Assembly: GCF_006345805.1 (NCBI RefSeq)
Contig: NC_043001.1
Location: 14,508,001-14,572,000 of the forward strand
DNA: 64,000 nt
Reading direction: 5' to 3'
DNA from: Octopus sinensis
Lineage: Eukaryota
Below are positions 26,288 to 40,898 of this stretch, one piece after another (the stretch's first letter is position 1; every line of letters begins with the position of its first letter). Both the position numbers and the translations under genes were made by a program. A model generated the notes under the pieces. That model was given only the letters and a program-made list of their open reading frames with translations. It did no database searches and was not told where the DNA came from.

Positions 26288-26955
26288 CATCATCGTTTAA
26301 CGTCTGCTTTCCATGCTAGCATGGGTTGGACGATTTGACTGAGGGTTGGCAAACCAGATGGCTGCACCAGGCTCCAATCTTGATCTGGCAGAGTTTCTAC
26401 AGCTGGATGCCCTTCCTAACGCCAACTATTTCGAGAGTGTAGTGGGTGCTTTTACGTGCCACCGGCACGGGGGCTAGTCAGGCAGTACTGGCAATGACTT
26501 CGCTCAAATCTTTTTACAAATGCCACCAGCACAGGTGCTAGTAAGGCGACGTTGGTAACGATCACGCTCAAATGGTGCCCTTTTACGTGCCACCGGTACG
26601 AGGGCCAGTCAGGAGGTACTGGCAAAGGCCACGAAAAAATCATGTTATTTTACGTGTCACCTGCACACTAGCACAAGAGCCAATAAGGTGACGCTGGTAA
26701 CGATCACACTCGAATGGTGCTTTTTACATGCACCAAACGGTGCGTTTTAAGTGTCACCGGCCTGGGTATCTTAACTACAATTTCCATTTGATTTTCATTT
26801 TGATGTTGGTGTTGATGTACTTGACTCAATAGGTCTCCTCAAGAACAGCAGGTCACTCTAAGATCCAAGGTTAGCACAGCAGGCCATCCTGCGAGCCATG
26901 AACTCACTTCATTTGTGGGGTCTTCACAGTCACAGCATATCTCAGAGGTCTCGGT
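26288..26955 (-). mobile_element. RTE LINE 3' fragment within the intron, sense to the gene
   Basis: Terminal block plus repeat units and an eroded ORF end (RDL*DML*L*RP). Confidence 0.75.
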
Positions 26956-27092
26956 ATGTATGTATAATGAAAAGTGCTTAAGAGGCAGGCAGGCACACAA
27001 CACATTTAGGTGGGTGTATGTGTGTACGTACACAGACGACTGAAATACTCTGGAAGAGGACTGAAGGATAGAAGAATATAAGATATACTTAC

Positions 27093-27236
27093 AGCAGAAG
27101 TTCATGAGTCCACTTGCAGCTCGGTGTAAGTTACAGCTCTTGCAGAAGCAGCAGAGGGAACTGAGTGCTATGATCAAAGCCAAGAGACTGAGGAATGCTC
27201 CAAGAGCCATCAATGCTTGAACAGCCTTGAACCAAA
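27093..27236 (-). CDS. Penultimate coding exon of a claudin/PMP-22/EMP/MP20-family tetraspan protein (TM2 to start of TM3)
   Basis: Acceptor cttttcttttcag|TTTGG and donor TGCT|gtaagt; 144 nt, phase 1 to phase 1. Encodes (x)WFKAVQALMALGAFLSLLALIIALSSLCCFCKSCNLHRAASGLMNFC; the W..AVQA.M motif before TM2 is typical of the family. Confidence 0.88.
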
Positions 27237-27252
27237 CTGAAAAGAAAAAGGA

Positions 27253-27283
<31 letters not shown>

Positions 27284-27617
27284 TTGCACAGAATATAAAT
27301 GATATCAGGAATTAAAGAGAAAGCCCTTAAACTCATATGCTGATTTCAAAAAGGATAGAAGTGAAAACTATAAATAATATGAGTGATATATATTTTAAAT
27401 CTCATCATTATCTTGGACAGAATTAACTGAGGCAGATATTTCTGTGACTGGATGCTCTTCCTGTCACTAAGCCTCACCTGTTTCTGAGTAAGGTAAATCC
27501 CCGCCAAACCAGATATATTTTCATGGAGGACTGGAAAGTTAAGGACACTGCTTTTGCATGACACTGACAGTCTTTATGCAATATCTTGTTGACTAAATGC
27601 AATATTCTGAACCTTAA

Positions 27618-27839
27618 CCCTTTCATTACCAACCTGCCTGAAACCGCCTCTGGCTCTGTAGTACAAATGTCTTCTTTTCATAAGTTTTGAATTAAAATCT
27701 TCCACCAAATCTTAATCGTAATTTATGTTCCTAACACTAGCTTAATGATAACAAAGTAATTTTACTAAATACTTTATTATATTTAAAATTAATTGAAAGG
27801 AACCCAGAGCACCTCAAAATAAATATGGTAACGAAAGTG
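27618..27839. mobile_element. piggyBac-type MITE, same family as 131-855, opposite orientation
   Basis: TTAA|CCCTTTC ... GAAAGTG|TTAA; body is the reverse complement of the 131-351 unit. Confidence 0.8.
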
Positions 27840-29760
27840 TTAAACTAATTTTAGTCATCATGGCTTAAACACCCACTATTTCATGCTCACACTGGTCGGA
27901 CAGAATTTGCTGAGATTTTCTAAAGCCAGATGATGCTTTTCTTACTTGATGCCAAAGCACAGAAATATTCTCTCCTGACCAGACAGGTTTCCATGGAAGA
28001 CTGGAAACAAAGACACCACCTGTATGAAGGTGACACTCGTTTACAAACATCATAAGCCAAGGAGACAGTAACATACACACACACACACACACATGATGGG
28101 CTTATTTCAGTTTCCGCCTACCAAAGCAGCTCACAAGACTTTTTGTTGGCTTGGGTCTATAGTTGGAAAACACTTGCCCAAGGTTCCGAGGAGCAATGGG
28201 AACTGAACTTGGAACCATATGCTCAGAAAGCTAACTTCTTACCAAAAAGCCATGTCTATGCCTAAAGAAACAAAAAAAAGGGAGGCTAATGGAAGATGTC
28301 TCCCTTTTAAATCGGGTGTTAGACTTCTTTTCTCAGAAATTAGTTTATCTTCTCTGGGAAGAGAAGATAAACTTTTTTTTTTTTTTTATTGAAAAAATAG
28401 TAAAAATCAGGGCATGGTAACAGTTATTTAGAAAACTAAGCAATTTATTAGTATACTAAAAATAAATCTGACAAACATTTAGTAGTAGTAACCTTTAGAG
28501 AGAAATAAAGAAGTTTCTGAGATAGGAAATCAGATTACGAGACTGTCAAAGGTTCTTGATTCCCAGAGCAAGCGGTGTATAGTGTTCTTGGGCAAAACAC
28601 CTTAGCATCAACATTATCAACATCTGCTTTCCATGCTGGCATGTGTTGGGCAATTTGACTGAGGACTGGCGAACCAGATGGCTGCACCAGGCTCCAATCT
28701 GATCTGGCAGAGTTTCTACAGCTGGATGCCCTTCTTAATGCCAACCACTCCGAGAGTGTAGTGGGTGCTTTTTACATGCCACTGGCACGAGGGCCAGTCG
28801 GGCAGCACTGGCATCAACCACGTTCGGTTGTTGCTTTTTACATGCCGCTGGCATCGATTCACGCTTGAATGGTGCTTATTATGTGCCACCAGCACGGGTG
28901 CCAATCAAGCGGCACTGGCATCAGCCACAACTATGATTTACATTTTGATTCCAATTTATTTTTCACTTCATTTCATAGAGTTCCTGTACTCTCAACTACA
29001 AATGTATAACCTTGCAATGGACTGAAGTAATGTGCAGGGGGAATGTTGAGACCTTGGTCCCTTACACACCATGAAATCAGCCCCAGGAGTTCTAGGACTC
29101 TAAGACACTAATAACAAGGGATTGCTGTTACCGTTTTCCCCAGCTTGTTTGCCTTGCCAATAATAATAATAATCCTTTCTACTATAGGCACAAGGCCTGA
29201 AATTTTGGGGAAAGAAAATAGTCAATTACATCGACCCCAATGCATAACTGGTACTTAATTTATCAACTCTGAAAAAAAAATGAAAGGCAAAGTCGACCTC
29301 GGTGGAATTTGAACTCAGAACATGATGGATGAAATACCACTAAGCATTCCATCCAGCATACTAACGATTCTGCCAGCTTGCTGCCTTGCCAATAAAAATA
29401 ACAATAATAATAATAATATTAGTTTCAAATATTGGCACAAAGCCACCAATTTCAGGGGAGGGGCCAATAATAATAATAATAATAATGAAATGATATTGTA
29501 TATAGTGCTTTGGGGCATGAAAACTATTTTCTCAATCAGAATAGACCTGGGGTTCACCGACAACAACAACAACAACAAAAGAAAAAAAAGAAAAAACAAG
29601 CTAATATTCAGATATAATTCTTTCAGATTGTTTTGTAATCATTTAAGCTAATGACAGGAAACTGATATCAGATCAGTGCTAAAATAAGAAAGAAGTATGC
29701 GTTGAAATATGGGAACAGAAGGCAGAGATAGAGAGAATAATAATAATAATATAATAATAA

Positions 29761-29791
<31 letters not shown>

Positions 29792-30389
29792 AAAAGGTGG
29801 TTGAATACCTCTTCAACAGTTTGGAATAGAAACAAATAAATACCATAACCAGGTGGGAACGACGAAGGTGGGGGCAGGATATGACAGCCACTAAACTCAT
29901 TGCAACAATATCTTGCCAAATGCAAACATTCATCAAATATAGTTTCATAATAGCAACAGTTTGCCTCCCATCACCATGGCAACGGTTTGTCTGCCGCTAC
30001 GACATAACAGCAGAGTTCACACCCATCGTTAAGAGAATATCTCAGCTATTCCACTTTTAAATAGCACCTAAGACTCGTGAGTGGATTTGGTAGATGGAAA
30101 CTGAAAGAAGCACATCACACATACACACCCGGGTGTCTTTTTGCCTGTGTTTGTCCCCCACCATCTATGAGCAATCGGTATTGGTGTATTTACACCCCTG
30201 TAACCTAGCAGTCCGGCAAAAGACACCAATGAAATAAGTACTAGGATTAAAAACAAAAAGAGTTGTAGAATCAATTCATTTGACTAAAAATGCTTCACGG
30301 CAGTGCCCCAGCATGGCCAAGGCAGCCCCGGGCCGACCAATGCCTTGTGAGTGGATTTGGTAGACGGAAACTGAAAGAAGCCTGTCGTA

Positions 30390-30432
<43 letters not shown>

Positions 30433-31447
30433 TTGTGTGTCTGTGTTTGTCCCCCTAGCATTGCTTGACAACCGATCCTGGTGTGTTTACGTCCCCGTCA
30501 CTTAGCGGTTCGGCAAAAGAGACCGATAGAATAAGTACTGGGCTTACGAAGAATAAGTCCCGGGGTCGATTTGCTCGACTAAAGGCGGTGCTCCAGCATG
30601 GCCGCAGTCAAAATGACTGAAACAAGTAAAAGAGTAAAGAGTATACTGTTTGAATAAAATGATTGACTAAAGCACTCACTCATGACTGACGGAGATTTAA
30701 AAAGAAAAAAAAAAAAAACTTTTCTACAGAGAATAACCATCTAATTACACAGACTTGATAACTTTTAATTTTCAGAGCTTAATGAACAAGAACCATGAGA
30801 ATATACTTAGAAAGTAACCTGAAAATCTTGTCTCCTCCAACAGCTGCAGTTTACATATCAAGAAAAATATACATATTTGTACTCCACCCTCCTTATGTAT
30901 GGACAGAGGCCAACTAAAACAACGGAAAGAATTTCAACAGGAATAAATTTTGCAGAACACCTCTGTGAAGAAAAACATCTTTGTTCAGCGTGACCCAGGA
31001 TGCATCTTTGATTACCATGAGCCAGTTACTAGAGTGCTAGAGAGAATTAATACCATGGAGCATTCTCACTGTGTTCCAAGTTCAGATCTCACCGAGGTCG
31101 ACTTTTAAGGCTGGGGGAGGGGGACAAAAAAAATTCCAATCCTAGGTGCAGGAGTGGGTGTAAAATAACAAGTTTGCTACCCAACCACATGGTCCAGGGT
31201 CCAGGGTTCAGTCTCACTGTGTAGCACTTAAGGCAAGTGTCTTCTACTACGGCCTCGGGCTGACCAAAGCCTTGTGGATGGATTTGGCAAACGGAAACTG
31301 AAAGAAGCCCGTCGTATATATGTAAAAAAATACAAACTGGGACAAGAACGCAATACAAAAAACACGGACGGAACATTCGAAGCCTTCAATCTTCAGTCAA
31401 GAACCGGATCATCCTCGCAATTTCAAGCAGCAGAAATATGACAAAAG

Positions 31448-31479
31448 CTGTTACTCGGAGTTTCACGTTCCCGTTCATC
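31448..31479 (-). ncRNA. Minimal hammerhead ribozyme motif, 5'-clipped
   Basis: GATGA-ACG GGAA CGT-GAAA-CTC C GAG-TA-ACAG: stem II with GNRA loop, near-palindromic stem III, GUA triplet. C3U4 and the 5' strand of stem I are lost at the fold-back junction. Confidence 0.6.
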
Positions 31480-32218
31480 TCTGCTGCTTTTAAATAAAGC
31501 ATATTACTCTACCTCTGGTATTTGAGTACTCTTTTTTCCACCTTGTTTCACATTTATGTGCTTACTCCAATATATATATATATATATATGCATGTCTTTA
31601 TGTCTGTATTTGTCCACTAGGCGTTGGTTTATGTCTTTATAACTCAGTAATACATACAAAGATACACTATATACATATAAACCTCCCCACCCCGGTCACA
31701 AATGACCATGGGATTGCACCTAGTTCCTCTCCAAGGTACAAGTTCAGGCAAGGGTGTTTTATGGAAGACCTGGAGTCGCCCATGCATAGCAGCCACCCCA
31801 CCAATGTTATATCCAAGGGAAGAGACAAATGGTGTTACAGCTTGGCACCAGAGACATAGCAGTCCTTTCCTACAGCTGAGGGAATTTAAGCAATGTGAAT
31901 AAAGCATCTTGCTGAAGAACACAACAAATAGTTTGGTCCAGGAATTGAACTCGCTACCTCGTGATTGTGATCCCAACGCTCTAACCACTGTGCTATGCAC
32001 CTTCATATATATATATGTGCGTGTGTGTGTGTATATATATATACATACACATACATGCATATATACACATACACACACATATATATAGACACACCCACAT
32101 ACATATATATATGCACACACACACGCATACATACATATATATATACATACATACACACATACATATATATACACACACACACACATATATATACATACAT
32201 ACACACATACATATATAT

Positions 32219-32263
<45 letters not shown>

Positions 32264-35200
32264 TATATAATCATCATCATCATTTAGCTTCTTTCAGTTT
32301 CTGTCTATCAAATCCACTCAAAAAGTTCTATTTGGCCCAAGGCTATTGAAGATACTTGCCCAAGGTGCCACGTTGTGAAACTGAACCAAGAACCATGTGG
32401 TTAAGAAGCCAACTTCTTACCACACAGCCACGTCTGTGCCTCTAGCTTAATGTAATTATTTGAAAAGAAAACGACGACAGTGATTCGAATGTGTGTTATT
32501 AGAGTAACAGTGAAAAGCCATGTTCAGTAGGTCGTGTCGAGGAGAAACCTATGAACACAAAATAGTCAGAAATTGTATCACACATTTTACAAAAAAAAAA
32601 AAAAAAAAGTGGGGGGTGGGGGAAACAGTCTAAAAGCATTGTTGCAGCCTCTTTTTTTTCTTTTGTCTATTATTAACAAGAAATTTATTTTTTTTTTTTT
32701 TTTTTTAATAAAGTGAAATAAGTGAATAGTAATTCTGCAAAAACCACTTTTCGCTAACAACTTTATGGTTGTCAAGAGAAATCAATAATTACTATTGACA
32801 AAAATAATAATAATATAAAAATAATTCAATCTCAGATGAATGGGCAAGAGGGCGGGGTGGGGAGAAAAATCGATAAATCTGTGAAATTACTTACTCGTAT
32901 CAATTTAAATAAATACTAATGTGACACACATATGTACAGTGACACCAGCATGTTACAGACACGCCCATCTGTGCATGTCACAACTGTATGCTATGGATCC
33001 CCCCCCCATCCATATGTGCACACCGCATGGCTTAGTAAGCATATCTGGTTCACAATCATAGGGTCACGAGTTCAATTCCTGGTGGCATGTGTCCTTGAGC
33101 AAGACATCTAATATCGTGTTCCTCCAATCCAGTCATTGGCTACAAATGAGTAGCAACTGTATTTTAAAGGGCCAGCCTTGTCCCCTTCTGTGCCACACTA
33201 AATCTCCCTGAAAACTACGTTAAAAGTACATGTGTTTGTGGTGTACTCAGCCACTTGCATGTGAGTTTCATGAGCAGAATGCTGTCAATCAGATAAACTG
33301 GAAAACTCATTAGAACTAATGGAGGGCCAGTTTGTGCACACACACACACACACATATATATATACAAACTGCACCCCTTCCTTCCCCACTACCACACTTT
33401 GAAAACAGCTTTCTCAGAGTTTATTCTTGTAGTAACAAGATCTTTCATGACCCGCATCCTCTCCAAAGATTTCACCTCTGACCTCACTGCTACTAAACAT
33501 TTAAACATATCTGTTATTGAGTGAGAGAGCAGTGCATGCTATCAAAGTGACACTGGGGTAAAATATACTAAGTCCAATATACTCATCATGACTATCTGTC
33601 TGATAAGGGTACACCAGGCACATGCGTCACAACCATATGTATGCAACATGGTGATCTCATATCAAGATAAACAGTGCATGACCTTGCAGGTGGGGCCCAG
33701 TTGGAATTTTCTTCAGGTTGAGTAGCCCATCCTGCTCAAGCAGTTCTTGAATAGAGATTGTTTAAGGATGTTGAATGAAACACCCATGTTTCCAAAGGTG
33801 AATTATCCAAACCCCAAAGAATTCCTCTCAACACATGGCTTTGATGCTCTTCCACTACTTCTGATCGTGATCAGAGATGCACACATCATTAGCCACTAAG
33901 GGACATGCTCAACTGGTTAAGACCAAACAACTGACAAGCAAATCTGTGGTATTGAGCAGAATATTTGCTGTAGCCCATCTTTTATACCAAGACAAAACAA
34001 CGTACATGATAACACTTCCAATCAGTTAAGATCAGAAGCCACTGCTTGGTACTGCACCAGGGCATAGCAGAATTATTATAGGCAACCTTCAAGACATTAT
34101 TATTATTTTTTAAATTATTAATATTTAATTCTTTATTGCCCACAAGGGGCTAAACAAAGAGGGGACAAACAAAGGGACTAAGTCGATTACATTGACTCCA
34201 GTGCGTAACTGGTACCTATTTAATGGGCCCCAGAAGGATGAAAGGCAAAGTTGATCTCGGTGGAATTTGAACTCAGAATGTAGCGACAGACGAAATACCC
34301 ATTTCTTTACTACCCACAAGGGGCTAAACACAGAGGGGACAAACAAGGACAGATAAATGGATATAATCCGATTACACCGACCCCAGTGCATAACTGGTAC
34401 TTAATTTATCGACCCCAAAAGGATGAAAGGCAAAGTTGACCTCGGTGGAATCTGAACTCAGAAGGTAGCGGCAGATGAAATACCACTAAGCATTTCGCCC
34501 GGCGTGCTAACAATTCTGCCAGCTCACCGCCTTCTAAAATTATTAATATTATTATTTAGAAGCCTTCAAATTGTTTTGTAATTAACAAATATCTTAATTA
34601 ACCCCTTCTCTTGAGGGCCAAACTACACAAACTTTCATGCAGTGAACACATTGGATTGTTTGTTGAGCAATGTCTAGTTGCAGACTATATAAAAAAAAAC
34701 CCACACGGGGTCACACTGACATAGTACAAAGAAAATATTTGTTTTGTTGCATCGAAAACACAGTAACTATGTAAACAGGAAGAAAATGAAGAGATCTGAA
34801 AACATAAATCAAATCAGATGTAGTTTCTAATTAGTTAACGAAGAAAATATAACAGACTAATATAAATTAATTGGCTTCAATTTTATTAATTTTTGCTTGT
34901 TTCTAGTTGTGTCTAGAAAAGAGGGCAGTGCCAATGACCCTCAAAGACCCTTCAAGATCAGTGGACTCAACCATTCATTTTTTCTGTCCATTATTCCTAG
35001 AAATGGACATATGGTGTCCATTTTCACTAAATATTTTTAAATGCTGCATTGTGACAAATATGAGATAAAACTGGGGAAGCTGACACTTCTGGGTACAACA
35101 AAACCTACCCAGTCTCTCTAGCAGGAGTTAACCAAAACTTTAAATAATAAACCCCCTCCCCCCATGCCCATTACTCTAAGCACAAAGTTCAAAATTTTTG

Positions 35201-36212
35201 AGGAGGTAGGGCCAGTCAATTAGATCGACCCCAGTACGTAATTGGTGCTTAATTTATTGGCCCCCCGAAAGGATGAAAGGCAAAATCGACCTTGGCAGAA
35301 TTTGAACTCAGAACAGAAAGGCAGACAAAATACCACTAAGCATTTCACCTGGCATGCTAACGTTTCCGCCAGCTCACCACCTTAGTTTAAATAACTGATT
35401 TATTTATTGGCCACAAGGGCTTACATAAAGCCATATTAAAACACATACAACATAAAAGACAAAAACTGGACGATACAATGGGTTTTACAATGTGTAAACA
35501 ATATATAACGATTAAAAATTAAATAATTTAAAACTCCCAATAGGGGTGGCACTTTAAGGACCTTGTGGAAAACCCACAAAAGCCATGGGTGCCTGAACAA
35601 GTTTAAATAATAATAAAAGAAAGAATTTTTGAGACTTAATATTTTTAGAGTCAAAACTTTTTTTTTTCCTTTTTACAATATTTTACATCTAAGAGGTGTA
35701 GGTGTGATTATCAGGCTTTCATCCTAACCACATGGTTCTGGGTTCAATGCTACTCTGTGGCACTTTGGACAAGTCTGTCTCTTCTATTTTAGCCATGAGC
35801 AAACCAAAGGAGAGTGGATTTGGTAGATGAAAACTGAAAAAAGTCTGTTGCATAACATTATCATTTAACATCCGTTTTCCATTCTGGTATGGGTTGGACA
35901 GAAGCTGGCAAGGCCAGGAGCCACACCAAGTTTCATAGTCTTGGCAGGATTTCTACAGCTGAATGCCTTTCCTAATCCCATCCACTATACAAAGTATACT
36001 GGGTGCTTTTTTTTTGGCACCAGTACCATGTGTGTGCGTGTGTGTGTGTTGACGTTTAGTGGTTGTAAGTGAGTGTCACTGCCATACAAGCAGTCCCTTT
36101 CACTTCCAGTTCTCTGCAAAAGCATGTCTGGCCATGGGGAAATATTACTTTGCTTGCAAAGCAAGTGAGGGTTGGTAACAGGAAAGGCACCAGTTCGTAG
36201 AAAATCTGTTTT

Positions 36213-36813
36213 AAGGTGGTGAGCTGGCAGAAACGTTAGCACGCTGGGCGAAATGCTTAGCAGTATTTCGTCTGTCTTTACATTCTGAGTTCAAATTCTG
36301 CCGAGGTTGACTTTGCCTTTTATCCTTTCGGGGTCGATAAATTAAGTACCAGTTACTCACTGGGGTCGATATAATTGACTTAATCTGTTTGTCTGTCCTT
36401 GTTTGTCCTCTCTGTGTTTAGCTCCTTGTGGGTAGTAAAGAAATAAGTATTTCTTCTGCCGCTATGCTCTGAATTCAAATTCCGCCGAGGTTGACTTTGC
36501 CTTTCATCCTTTCGGGGTCGATTAAATAAGTACCAGTTACGCACTGGGGTCGATATAATTGATTTAATCTGTTTGTCTGTCCTTGTTTGTCCTCTCTGTG
36601 TTTAGCTCCTTGTGGGTAGTAAAGAAATAAGTATTTCTTCTGCCGCTATGCTCTGAGTTCAAATTCCGCCGAGGTTGACTTTGCCTTTCATTCTTTCGGG
36701 GTCAGTAAATTAAGCACCAGTTATGCACTGGGGTCGATATAATTGACTTAATCTCTTTGTCTGTCCTTGTTTGTCCTCCCTGTGTTTAGCCCCTTGTGGG
36801 CAATAAAGAAATA
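36213..36813 (+). mobile_element. SINE family B (Nin/Deu-like central domain), three ~181-bp units in tandem
   Basis: Head GGTGAGCTGGCAGAAACGTTAGC, B-box GAGTTCAAATTC, domain GACTTTGCCTTTCATCCTTTCGGGGTCGATAAATTAAGTACC, AAAATCTG flanking duplication. Other copies: 2891-3297, 4127-4268, 7425-7565(-), 10518-10730, 29175-29380(-), 34128-34535(-), 35175-35385(-), 43730-44052(-), 44054-44290, 54158-54562, 60692-60910(-). Confidence 0.85.
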
Positions 36814-38256
36814 AAAAAATCTGCCTCAATAAATCCATCCGACTTAGGCAAGCATAGAAAAGTAGACGTCAGAACGATGACGACGATGATGACTTCTTTC
36901 TGGAGATCAAACTGATTAAAATGAAATGTTGAACTAAATGTTGTAAAGATGTTTATGTAAAACTGTTTATCTCTAAAGATGGAGGTTAACGATCTGAACA
37001 ATTATAATCTCGTTAATAATAGCCTTTCACAAACTTTAGACAAAATAAGAAATATATAACCGGTTCCATTTAGAAGCAACTCACTGACAACCGTATTTCT
37101 TATAAAATACTCTGTGATTAAATTAATTTTGAAAATAATCAATAAATTCGGAGGAAATTAGTAGATGTAAATGACTAGAAGATGTAAATGAATAACTCAT
37201 TGAATATAAAAGCTGCTGTTTGGAACATAGCTTAAGAGATTATTGCATAAAATTATAAATGGGAGATTTTGTATTCAACTATGAATATTTTAAAATGGGA
37301 AATTTTGTATCAGAGAAACGGAGACAGTCTCAGATGGTTTGGTTATCAAAAGAGTTAAATAGCAGAAAAATTAAAAAAAAAAAAAAAAAACTATTTTAAA
37401 TCATCTTTTGTTAAGTGTGGTTTTACTTTTGCTAGGAAATATGAATTTATAAAATATTCAGAAAAATCAAAACAAAACAAAAATAAAAGCTTATTAGATG
37501 GATTATATATTCCGTGATCGTTACTGCGTCGCCTTACTACCACTTGTGCTGGTGGCACATGAAACATTCGAGCGAGGTCGTCGCCAGTGCCACTGGACTG
37601 GCTCCTGTGCAGGTGGCACGTAAAAATCACCATTTGGGTGTGGCTGTTGCCAGTACCACCAAACTGGCCCTCGTGCCTGTGGCACGTAAAAGCACCCACT
37701 ACACTCTCGGAGTGGTTGGCGTTAGAAAGGGCATCCAGCTGTAGAAACTCTGCCAGATCAGATTGGAATCTGGTTCGCCAAACCTCAGTCAAATCATCCA
37801 ACTCATGCTAGCATGGAAAGCGGATGTTGAATGATGATGATGATTATATATTCATATGTTTATTTCCATGTGAAAAAAGAAGTCTTTAATTTTCAGGAAA
37901 TTTAACGATAATATCAATATGTTAGAATATAAGATGGAGTAGCCACATCCTCCAAAGGACTTTTCATTCACCAATAAAGTGAACATTGACACAGAGTATT
38001 CTGTGTCTCCTCGCCAAACACTACTACAACAGCCGATGCTCTTCCAGACTAGTTTGCTACTAACTCTCTCTGTCCAAAGCCATCTGTCTCCCATCATTTT
38101 TACTGTTTGCTATACACTTCAAATAACTGCACCCTGACTCCCTCCTGATCTTCCTCTGCAAGACTGCTCCCTCTGAAACACTCCCTCATCACACAAATCA
38201 ACAAATGACATTCAAGCTGAACATTAACCTAACGAAGAGTCAATTAGGGAGGTTTG

Positions 38257-38257
<1 letters not shown>

Positions 38258-38298
<41 letters not shown>

Positions 38299-38506
38299 AT
38301 GCGTGTGTGTGTACATGCGTGTGTGTGTGTGTGTGTGTGTATACATGCGTGTGTGTGTGTGTGTACATGCGTGTGTGTGTGTGTACATGCGTGTGTGTGT
38401 GTCTGTGTGTACATGCGTGTGTGTGTGTGTGTACATGCGTGTGTGTGTGTGTACATGCGTGTGTGTGTGTGTGTGTGTGTGTACATGCGTGTGTGTGTGT
38501 GTGTGT
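38258..38506. repeat. (GT)n-ACATGC minisatellite
   Basis: GT runs punctuated about 9 times by ACATGC. Confidence 0.95.
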
Positions 38507-40898
38507 GGTCTACCTCAATCTACTTAGAAATAAAAGTACATTGGGTCATTGGGTAAAATGCTGTTAAATACACTGTGCCTGAACCAACTCCTACCTTCCT
38601 TCCTCCCTGACCCTTAAATCAATGCGAATTAAATAAGTGAATAATCTGAATGCTAAAACGGTTAAGGCCCCACATTCCCATGCCTCCATGGGTCAGATGG
38701 AATTTGTTGGGGCAGATTTTCTACAACCTGATGCCCTTCCTGTTGCCAACCCTCACCTGTCTCCAAGTAAGGTGTTCTCCACCACCCCCACCACGGCCAA
38801 GCAGATTTTCCACAGACGACTGGAAATGAACGACACTGCTTGTACACAGGTGGTATTTGTTTACAACCACCACCACATGATGTCACAACAAAGATGTGTA
38901 CACACACACACACAATGGGCATCTTTCAGTCTCTGTCTATTAAATCCACAAGGCTTTGCTAGGCCTGGATCTATAGAAAGACATCTGTCCAAGGTACCAT
39001 GTAGTGGGATTGAACTTGAGACCATACAGTCGGAAGCAAGCTTCTCACTGTTGGAAAGCAAGCCTGCACTTTATATAATACAAACAACACACCTATCCAC
39101 AAAATGTCATTGTCCTTTTTTTTTTGTTTTCATTAGGGACCCCCCACCCACCCCTGTTCCGTCCCCACCAGTTCACATAACATGACATTATATAAGTCAC
39201 TAATCATCATCTCCACAACTATATTTACGATATAATTGCCCCATTGTCTCTCTCTCTCTCTCTCAATGTACTTCTCCAAACCCCATCTCACATTCACACA
39301 GCATTACATCGCACGACATTCCAGCCCTGAATAATATCTAAGTCACCTTATTAAGTCCGATGAAGTTTCCCCACCCATTAAACAACCTAATTGTCTACAT
39401 ATAAGATTCTACCTAATCTGCCCCCCCTCCCACCACCACCACTCCTCTCTCTCTCTCCCACACACATACCACCCCTCATTAAACTATATCTGTTGAACTG
39501 TCCACTCTCCTGAACTGTATGGCGCAGATATTTTCTGTATAAAACACACACCCACTGGGTGATATTAAAGATACATAAACATGCGTACCAGCAGATGTCT
39601 CGACATTTTCAAGCGGGTACAGGAAGCGAAATGAAAATAGCAATCACTGGAAGGATTCCAAAGTAATTTAGACTGAAGCAATTAATGTCCTGGTATTTAC
39701 CGTTTCTACCGATGAGTCACACATCTTGTCTTCTGGCAGCTACTACTTAGAAAGGGATGACATCAATAATGGTAATATCCACATGCATATAATGCCAAGT
39801 TCCAGAAATCTCAACCAAAATATTTATACAGAAATAGCATCCGAGAAAATAGGTGTTGAATAAAACAAAAACAAAAAAACTATATTTTATCAACAATGAG
39901 TGGAGGTTTGTGGTTTGAAGTTTGGTCATACTTCACAGGATGTTAGCTCAATCTTTTCTGCCATTATCTTGGGTTGTCTGCTGCTATCACCACCACCACC
40001 ACCACAACGATCCTCATCATCATCATCATCAGCTGCCGTTTTCTTCTTCGGATTCAGTTTTCCAATGCTTGCTTCAACCAGATGGAGTTCATTGACACAG
40101 ATTTTCTACAGCTGGGATGCCCTTCCTGTCACCAGCCCTCGCCTGCTTCCAAGCAAGACGATACTTTCCTATTGATGAACATGTTTACACAGAAGACTGG
40201 AAACAAAGGACACCACTTGTAGGACAGGGACTCTCGTTTACAGCTATTTAACAAGAGAAAGGAAGACACACACACACACACACACATATAATGGTTCTTC
40301 TTTCTCGTTTACCAAATCTACCAGGCAGAGTAATTACTGGCATTTCTTCTGGGTAAAAATCCCAAGTTCAAATTCTGCCAAGGTTGACTTTGCCTTTCCT
40401 CTTTTCCCCCACCTCCCCTCAAAATTACTGGCCTTGTGCCAAAATTAGAAAGGGTTATTTTTAATTATAATTTAAAAGTCTTATTATGTGAGAAAAGATG
40501 AGACAGAAGATAATAGGAGATAAATATCTTTGCCAAGGCAGAGCCAACTTGGAATCTATTATCCAACAAGTTTGGATGTAAAAACCAATGGAAATAGCAT
40601 CGTCAGAATGTCAAGTTTGAAGCAACCAACATAATATTCTTGCCACTACAGGACTGCAATGTCAACCAACACCACCCAACACGTATATCAACTGCAGCCA
40701 AAGAATTCAGAGACGATGCAGACAAGTTGGTCAATAAATCACTGTCGGTATTGATTGTCTTGTATTAATGGTCTTCGCACAATATTTTTTTTCTGAACAT
40801 TGTTTTTATTTGTTTATATTTCTCATCGTTCATAGATTTAATAATTTCAGTTTGGAAACATAATTCAACCATAACAGACTTTAAAATTTTGCAACATA

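Noticed and set aside
26839-27336. 165-aa ORF as an intronless gene
   Set aside because: Only the 144-nt spliced exon is protein-like; the flanks are microsatellite and LINE sequence.
29855-29970. Cys-rich minus-strand frame (WEANCCYY...RYCCNEFSGCHILPPPSSFPPGY) as the missing upstream exon
   Set aside because: It would be phase-compatible via TATG|gtattt, but the donor is weak, there is no polypyrimidine acceptor and no GLW motif. It needs RNA evidence.
39586-39640. Possible minus-strand first exon AAAATGTCGAGACATCTGCTG|gtacgc
   Set aside because: Too short to distinguish from chance, and no second exon was found to link it.
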